From positions 18,352,001 to 18,416,000 of the forward strand of contig OX597821.1 in NCBI GenBank assembly GCA_951406725.2: a stretch of 64,000 nucleotides of DNA, read 5' to 3'. Of the stretch, positions 57,480-64,000 are shown in pieces. Positions within the stretch are counted from its first letter, which is position 1. The number at the start of each line of letters is the position of its first letter. The notes under the pieces were generated by a model. That model was not told the origin of the DNA, ran no database searches, and saw only the letters and a program-made list of their open reading frames with translations. Source of the DNA: Octopus vulgaris (taxonomy: Eukaryota). The position numbers and the translations under genes were made by a program.

Positions 57480-57890
57480 GGATCTTTTCAGTTTGAACGG
57501 CAGTTTTTAACATAATTTCTAGGTAACTAAAAAATTTTAAACTTCGTATACTAGTAGAATGTGTTTATAAAACATCTTTTTCTCTTGGCTTTATTGAGAA
57601 AATTCCATAGTTTGTAAGATATTTGTTGTTGTTTTCTTCAATTTCTGCAATTTCAACCAATCACTGACGTCTATTGAGGTAAAAAAAACATTCTGCGTCG
57701 TATGAATATGTTCTTTGTTTAAGAAACAGATTGGGTTTATTTACATTTGTGAAGAAAAAAGATACCCTTCCTCCTAACCCTAACAATAAAACAGATTGAA
57801 ATGCAATAGATCGATACTAGGGTCATAATTATGGGTGACAATTTCATATGACACTGCTAGAAAAAACTACCATTCAAACTGAAAAGATCC
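57480..57890. mobile_element. MITE with GG-terminal TIRs and 8-bp TSD (Merlin-like)
   Basis: TIR GGATCTTTTCAGTTTGAACGGCAGTTTTT / AAAAACTACCATTCAAACTGAAAAGATCC; TSD GTAAATAC on both sides; inserted within a family-A SINE remnant. Confidence 0.85.
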
Positions 57891-58480
57891 GTAAATACTT
57901 GCCCAAAGTGACATGCAGCAGGATGGTGTGTGCATGTTAGTAGGGAGGTAGGTAAGTAGATAGGTATGTAGGTGGGTAGGAAGATAGATAAACAGACATA
58001 TAGACAGATTGGACATGATGTAGTGTGAAAGATGGTATAATGTACATAGAGAACAATGATGTGTAAGACAGATGACAGTGAATGGTAGAGAAATGTAGTG
58101 AGTGAATGTATAGAGAGCTGTATGTGGTCTGAGTAACTTATGTGACCTAATGGTTGTGAACTTATGTGACTGAATGGTTGTGAACTATAGTGAATGAAGG
58201 GAGCTACATGAGACATGTGATGGCACATGATAGTGAAACATGGACAATAAATGTAGGGGATTGTATGTGGTATTCTTTTGTTCTTTTATTTGTTTCAGTC
58301 ATTTGACTGTAGCCATGCTGGAGCGCCGCCTTTAGTTGAACAAATTGACCCTAGGACTTATTCTTTGTAAGCCTAGCACTTATTCTATAGACCTCTTTTG
58401 CTGAACCACTAACTTATGGGGATGCAAACACACCAGCATCGGTTATCAAGCGATTATGTGTGGGGGGGGCCAACACAGAT

Positions 58481-58512
<32 letters not shown>

Positions 58513-58517
<5 letters not shown>

Positions 58518-58548
58518 GATGAACGGGAACGTGAAACTCCGAGTAACA
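58513..58548 (+). ncRNA. Degenerate minimal hammerhead in a short TA-flanked fragment (58513-58652)
   Basis: UGU-CCGAUGA-ACG ggaa CGU-GAAA-CUCCGAG-UA-ACA; single U4C core change. Confidence 0.6.
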
Positions 58549-58651
58549 GCTTTTGTTACATTTCTGCTGCTTTTAAATAAAGCATATTACTCTACCTCTG
58601 GTATTTGAGTACTCTTTTTCCACCTTGTTTCACATTTATGTGATTACTCCA

Positions 58652-58691
<40 letters not shown>

Positions 58692-60439
58692 TCATCGTTT
58701 AATGTCCGTTTTCCATGCTAGCATGGGTTGGATGGTTCGACCGGGGGTCTGGGAAGCCAGGAGGCTGCGCCAAGCTCCAGTTCGATCTGGCAGTGTTTCT
58801 ACAGCTGGATGCCCTTCCTAACGCCAACCACTCCGTGAGTGTAGTGGGTGCTTTTTACGTGCCACAGGAGGCTGGCAAATGACCATGATCGGTTGGTGCT
58901 TTTTACGTGTCACTGACACGGATGCCAGTCAGGTGGCGCTAACTATATATATACATATATATATATAGATATATATACATACATACGACAGGCTTCTTTC
59001 AGTTTCTGTCTACCAAATCCACTCACAAGACTTCTGGTTGGCCCAAGGCTATAGTAGAAGACACTTTCCCAAGGTGCCATGCAGTGGGACTGAACCCGGA
59101 ACCATGTGGTTGTTAAGCAAGCCAATTACCACATAGCTACTCCTGCACCTATATGTGTATTTCCTTTCTTTAATTCTTTCACTTATTTCATTCACTGGAC
59201 TGCAGCCATACTGGAACATTGCCTTGCAGGGTTTCAGTAGGACAAAATCTGGTACTTATTCTATATGCCTCTTTTGCCGAAGTGTTATGTTTACTTGGGA
59301 TGTAAGCAAACAAACACCAGTCGTCAAGTTGGAGTGAACAAACACACACACACACACACAAACTGGCTACTTTCAGTTACCATCTACCAAATCCATGCAC
59401 AAGGCTTTGTTTAGCCTGGGACTATAATACAAGATACTTGCCCAAGGTGCCATGCAGTGGGGATGAACCCAAAACCTTGTAGTAAGAAGTGTACGACAGT
59501 GAAACATGGAAAATGACTGTAGGAGGATTGTATGTGCTATGTGATGGTGTGTGATAAGTAAAGCAGGGACACTGAATGCATAGAAAGCTACATATAGTCT
59601 GTGCATGAGGTATAACTGCATGGTTGTGAAACATGGGACAGTGAACTTTTAAGACATGTGGTATATAATGATATACAATAGTGAAATATGGTCACAGAAC
59701 ACAGGGAACTCTCTATATGTAGTCAATTGTTGTTTAACCTCAATTCAACTCTTATTGAGCAGACCAAGCATCAAAGACATTCCAACCATGACAATCCAAT
59801 ATGTTTCCCTATGTGCAGAGATCCCAGGACACGTTATCCAATGTTTACCTTTTTTTAAGATAGTAAGATAGTAAGGTGATTTGAAGCAGATTTAGCTGCT
59901 ATAACTAGCAGATCAAACAACTAGGTTGAGGCTCCTTTATTGGCTCGACTATATGTGGAACATGTATGTGTGGTAGTGAGTGCAAGATGTGTGATACAGT
60001 GTTTGTGTGTGTGTGTGTGTGTGTGTGAGATGCATGGAAGTGAAACATGATTCATGAATGAAGGAAGGAATCAAATTAAATTTGAACTCTTTGATATGTA
60101 ATATCAACTCAAAATAAAGATTGAACACAAGTCAGTTGAAATAGCAACAGGATATTTAGTATATTGGCTAATGTATGCAATAGAGAAGATATGGGCTAAT
60201 ATATGCATAAAAGATGAGGCAGGCTAATGTATGCAAGGAGAGAAGTTATTGATTAATGCATGCAAGGAGAGATATTGACTAATTATATGTAGGAGAGATG
60301 ACAGTGTTGATTTTAGATATATATAAAGTAAATAGATAATACATATTGAATGAAAAAGGGTGTCAAGCCTTAGTGGAGGAATGCTCCAACTCTAGAGATA
60401 GATGGAAGAAGATCTGAGATAAAGTAGTCAGAGCAGAGT

Positions 60440-61330
60440 AGAGCTGATAGCCAAGATGATAAAAGAACATGCATACAAGACATATTGTATTGTAATAGCA
60501 TCTAAACATATGACTACAAAAGAAGATGAATGTGAAATAGTTGATGATGATGATGATAATAACGATTATGATGGTAATGATGCTGAGAACAACAATAAGA
60601 ATATGAACATGCAACTCACAATAAATATAATTACAATGGTAGTGATGATGATGATGATGATGAGGAGGAGGATGATACTAAAAATATCAATAGTAATATG
60701 AGTGTGCAACTCACAATAAATAATTTCAGTGGTAGTAGTGATGATGATGATGATAGTGGTGGTGGTTGTGATGAAGATGAGAGTAATGATAATGATGAAA
60801 ACAACAAGAATATGAGTATACTGATCACAATATGATAGCTATAATGGTAGTGATGAAGATGATGATGGTAATGATGATGATGACATAATAATGATAATGA
60901 TGAGAAAAATAACAATGTCAGTATACTAATCACAATATAAATGGTCATTGCATTAGTAATGATGATAATAATGGTGGTGGTAGTGGTAATGATAGTTATG
61001 ATGGTAGTGAAGATTATAATGATCATGGTGGTGGTGGTGGTAATTATGATGAAAGCAATGAGTGTTGCTATTTAGCCCCAGGTCAGTTCTGATCAGGCAA
61101 TCTTATGATCAAAGGCAATCTCTTCTCAATCAATTTCTTTGTTTTTAATCTTTGTCCATCTAGGACTACATTATGCAATGTGTCCTTCTTTTCTAAAGAT
61201 AATAGGGTGTGATATTTCAGGCTGTTATTTCTACCAGCCTGAGTAACTACAAGATGATTCAAAATGATGATGGTTATTTGATGATGATGGTGATGATGAT
61301 GATGAAGATGATGGTGGTGGTGATGTTATC
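60440..61330. repeat. (GAT/GGT/AAT)n low-complexity region with loose ~115-bp periodicity
   Basis: Recurrent AATATGA...CTCACAATAAA / ATCACAATAT motifs among GAT runs. Confidence 0.8.
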
Positions 61331-61548
61331 TAACAGTAACAAGATGAAATTAACCTCCAACAGGATGTGACATCAGAACACCAAAGTACAGGGTTTGTGA
61401 ACAACATACAAAGTATCAAGGGTGAGTCACTAGCCACCCACCACCTGTCCCATCTTCTCCCACAGCTAAAACAGAAATAACAAATCAATTTGCAAAGCAG
61501 TCAATGGAAAAATATAAGGAATGGAAACAACCAATCAGGATGACTCAC

Positions 61549-61607
61549 CAGCAAGAGAATAACCAATCAGAATAGCTCCACTCACTCGTACTTGTGGTGT
61601 GTCTCTC
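61549..61607 (-). CDS. Candidate 59-nt host exon (RDTPQVRVSGAILIGYSLA)
   Basis: Acceptor ttcttacag|G, donor TG|gtgagt, open frame, non-repetitive sequence; no partner exon identified. Confidence 0.3.
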
Positions 61608-62014
61608 CTGTAAGAATATGAGAGTAAACAATGAATTCTTCATGGAATTTGGTAAAACTGATATGGGTTCTTTTGTGCATTACAGACTTACCCTGTGTAT
61701 ATACTTGGTGGTGTGTGTGTGTGTGTGTGTGTGTAACAGATCTTCTTGTGCATATGTTGGGGGTTATGCATTTTCCTGTGTATACATTGTATGTGCTACA
61801 GACCTTCATGTGTATATATTTATTGGGTCTGTGTTATAAATCTTCCTTTGTACATACCAGGTGTATGTTACAGATATTTTTGCATGTGTGTGTGTATGTG
61901 TGTGTGTGTGTGTATATATATATATCTAATGTAGGATAAAATTTTTTTTGAAAAAAAAAAATTTATCAATGGCCAGCATATTAAAAAATACCTTTAAAGG
62001 TTAAATTTATAAAC

Positions 62015-62052
<38 letters not shown>

Positions 62053-62216
62053 TGCGAGGATAATCTGGTGCTTGACTGAAGAAAGAAAACTTCAAATGAC
62101 CCATCTTTGTTTTCTTTGTATCATCTATCTGGATGTTTTGTTGTCCCTTTTTGTATCACCTAGTTGTCTGGATGTTTTGCATTCTTGTCCCATTTTGTAT
62201 TTATATATGTATACAT

Positions 62217-62500
62217 ATATTTTATTGTGTCTAGGGAGAGTCATTCTGTTTTAATGCCTTATTAATTAACACACTCACTGGTACAGCTTCTACTCATTTA
62301 CTTATTTATGTTTTCCTAAAATTTTCTTTGCTTCTTGAAACCTCTTCAATAATCATTGACTCAATGACTATTGAAGAGGTTGCAAGAAGCAACAAAAATT
62401 TTAGAAAAATAAATAAGCAAATGAGTGGAAATCGAACCAGTGAGTGTATTAATTGATAAGCATTAAAACAGAATGACTCTCCCCAGACATGATAAAATAT
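62217..62500. repeat. ~280-bp imperfect palindrome
   Basis: GTCTAGGGAGAGTCATTCTGTTTTAATGC ... GCATTAAAACAGAATGACTCTCCCCAGAC, centre AATCATTGACTCAATGACT. Confidence 0.9.
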
Positions 62501-63299
62501 GCTTCAACACACGAATTCACATAAAGAATCTTGCAAACCAAATACAAAAATGAAATATATATATATATATATACACATACTGGGTGAAAGTTACAAATCT
62601 TCCTGTGTATATATCAGACACGTTAAGATTTTCCTTCTTTAAATTAGTAGGGTGTAATTTAAGGGGATTTCAGTTGTTGTTTTCAGGTATATCTTAAAGA
62701 CCAAGTTTTCTCTTTAGGTGCAAAAATGGTTTCAGCTATAGAGCCAATGATGTAATCTCAATGCTGTCACAAAACTTGCAGGAAATAACAGCTAGAAACC
62801 CCTTAAATCACACCCAACCAGTTTAAAAATGGAAATAAATATTGGACAATGTAGTCTGAGGCACGCTGTTGTGCTTGTTTCAGTCACTGCACAGCAACCA
62901 TGGTGGGGCATTGCCTTGAAGGGTTCCTTGAAGGGTTTTAGTTAAAAAAAAATCAACACCAGTCTTTAGTTTATTATTAGTCAGGTAATTATTCTATAGG
63001 TCTCTTTTGCTGGACTGCTAAGTTACAGGGATATAGAAAAACTGCTTGACCAGTTGTCAAGCAATGTGGGGACAAACACACATACACATGCACACACGTA
63101 TATGATAAGCTCTCACATAGTTCTTGTCTATCTAATTCTCTCACAAGAATTTGGTTGGCCCAAGGCCATAGTAGATGACACTTGTTGTGGAACTGAACTT
63201 AAAACCATGTGGTTCTGAAGTGAACTTCTTAATCATGAAGCCATGCCTGCACTTATGACAAAAAAAAAAGATGGACTGATTATATGTGGAATGCCTTTA

Positions 63300-63770
63300 A
63301 TTAAGTGTGCTTGAAGCAGGTTAAGCTGGGGAAAATAACAAGATGAGGAAAAAGTAGTAGTAGTAGTAGTAGTAGTGAATACCAGGGCTATGCCAGTATT
63401 AAGATACTCTGCTCCCTTTCTAAAATGGACAAGATGAGGAAAAAGTAGTAGTAGTAGTAGTAGTAGTGAATACCAGGGCTATGCCAGTATTAAGATACTC
63501 TGCTCCCTTTCTAAAATGGACAAAGGTCTAGCAACAGAACTTTGAAAGACTTAGGAAGTTACTCACAATGCACAGTGCAGTCCACCCTAAGAGTAATACT
63601 GACAGGTTCTACCTATCAAGAAATGAAGGAGGCAGAGGATTACTAAAAGCAAAAGGTATCATTACTCCCTGAGGTTGAAAAATTATGTTCTACAGAGTGA
63701 AGAAAGAATACTAATAGCAGCTAGAGATGTCCCCAAAGTTTCTGAAACAACAGGAAAATTAAAGAATGCA
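63300..63770 (+). pseudogene. R4/Dong-like non-LTR retrotransposon remnant with a ~90-bp tandem duplication
   Basis: Hand translation AMPVLRYSAPFLKWT and RKLLTMHSAVHPKSNTDRFYLSRNEGGRGLL; ~63338-63427 is duplicated at ~63429-63518. Confidence 0.65.
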
Positions 63771-64000
63771 TGCCTTTCCTCCCTTGGACACACAAAGACC
63801 TGTTGAGGCAAGCGAAGTCGATATCGAACCTCATCCGACGACAGGCACCTATGCCAACCCCCCTATGCTTGCGAAGACCTGTTGTGTTGGGGCAAGTGAA
63901 ATTGAAATCGAAATCGAAATTGAACCAATCCTATGACTGGCACCCGGCAGATGCCAGGATCCATGGACTGGAGATACGTAAAAAGCACTATCCGAATCGT

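Noticed and set aside
62070-62105. CTGAAGA-AAG-aaaa-CTT-CAAA hammerhead-like string
   Set aside because: GAAA is altered, and there is no helix III or stem I.

Overview
This is eukaryotic, repeat-dominated non-coding DNA. It is most likely an octopus (cephalopod) genome, inferred from the SINE and LINE families and the very long (TA)n/(CA)n tracts. No host gene is securely supported; there is one weak candidate exon near 61.6 kb. The window holds many tRNA-derived SINEs, CR1/L2-group LINEs (one apparently intact, 31196-35180, with a Myb/SANT-like + CCCH ORF1 and a 1007-aa APE-RT ORF2), an RTE LINE, an R4/Dong-like remnant, mariner remnants, non-autonomous Helitrons, a Merlin-like MITE and a Naiad-type Penelope-like element (RT + GIY-YIG). 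The most interesting signal is a set of minimal type-I hammerhead ribozyme motifs read directly from the sequence. Two unrelated ~360-bp non-coding units (30056-30777, tandem x2; 28141-28557) each carry a hammerhead at the tip of a long rod-like fold and sit inside TA tracts, resembling non-LTR retrozymes. One uses a compensatory U3-A8 core. Further hammerheads lie at the 3' end of the Penelope-like element (53461-53538) and at 58513-58548. A ~9-kb fold-back (30056-39052 mirrored by 40054-47932) is centred on a TA tract, degrades near its apex and ends at an N-gap, so it is probably a long-read or assembly artefact. The many YIYI-type ORFs are microsatellite noise.
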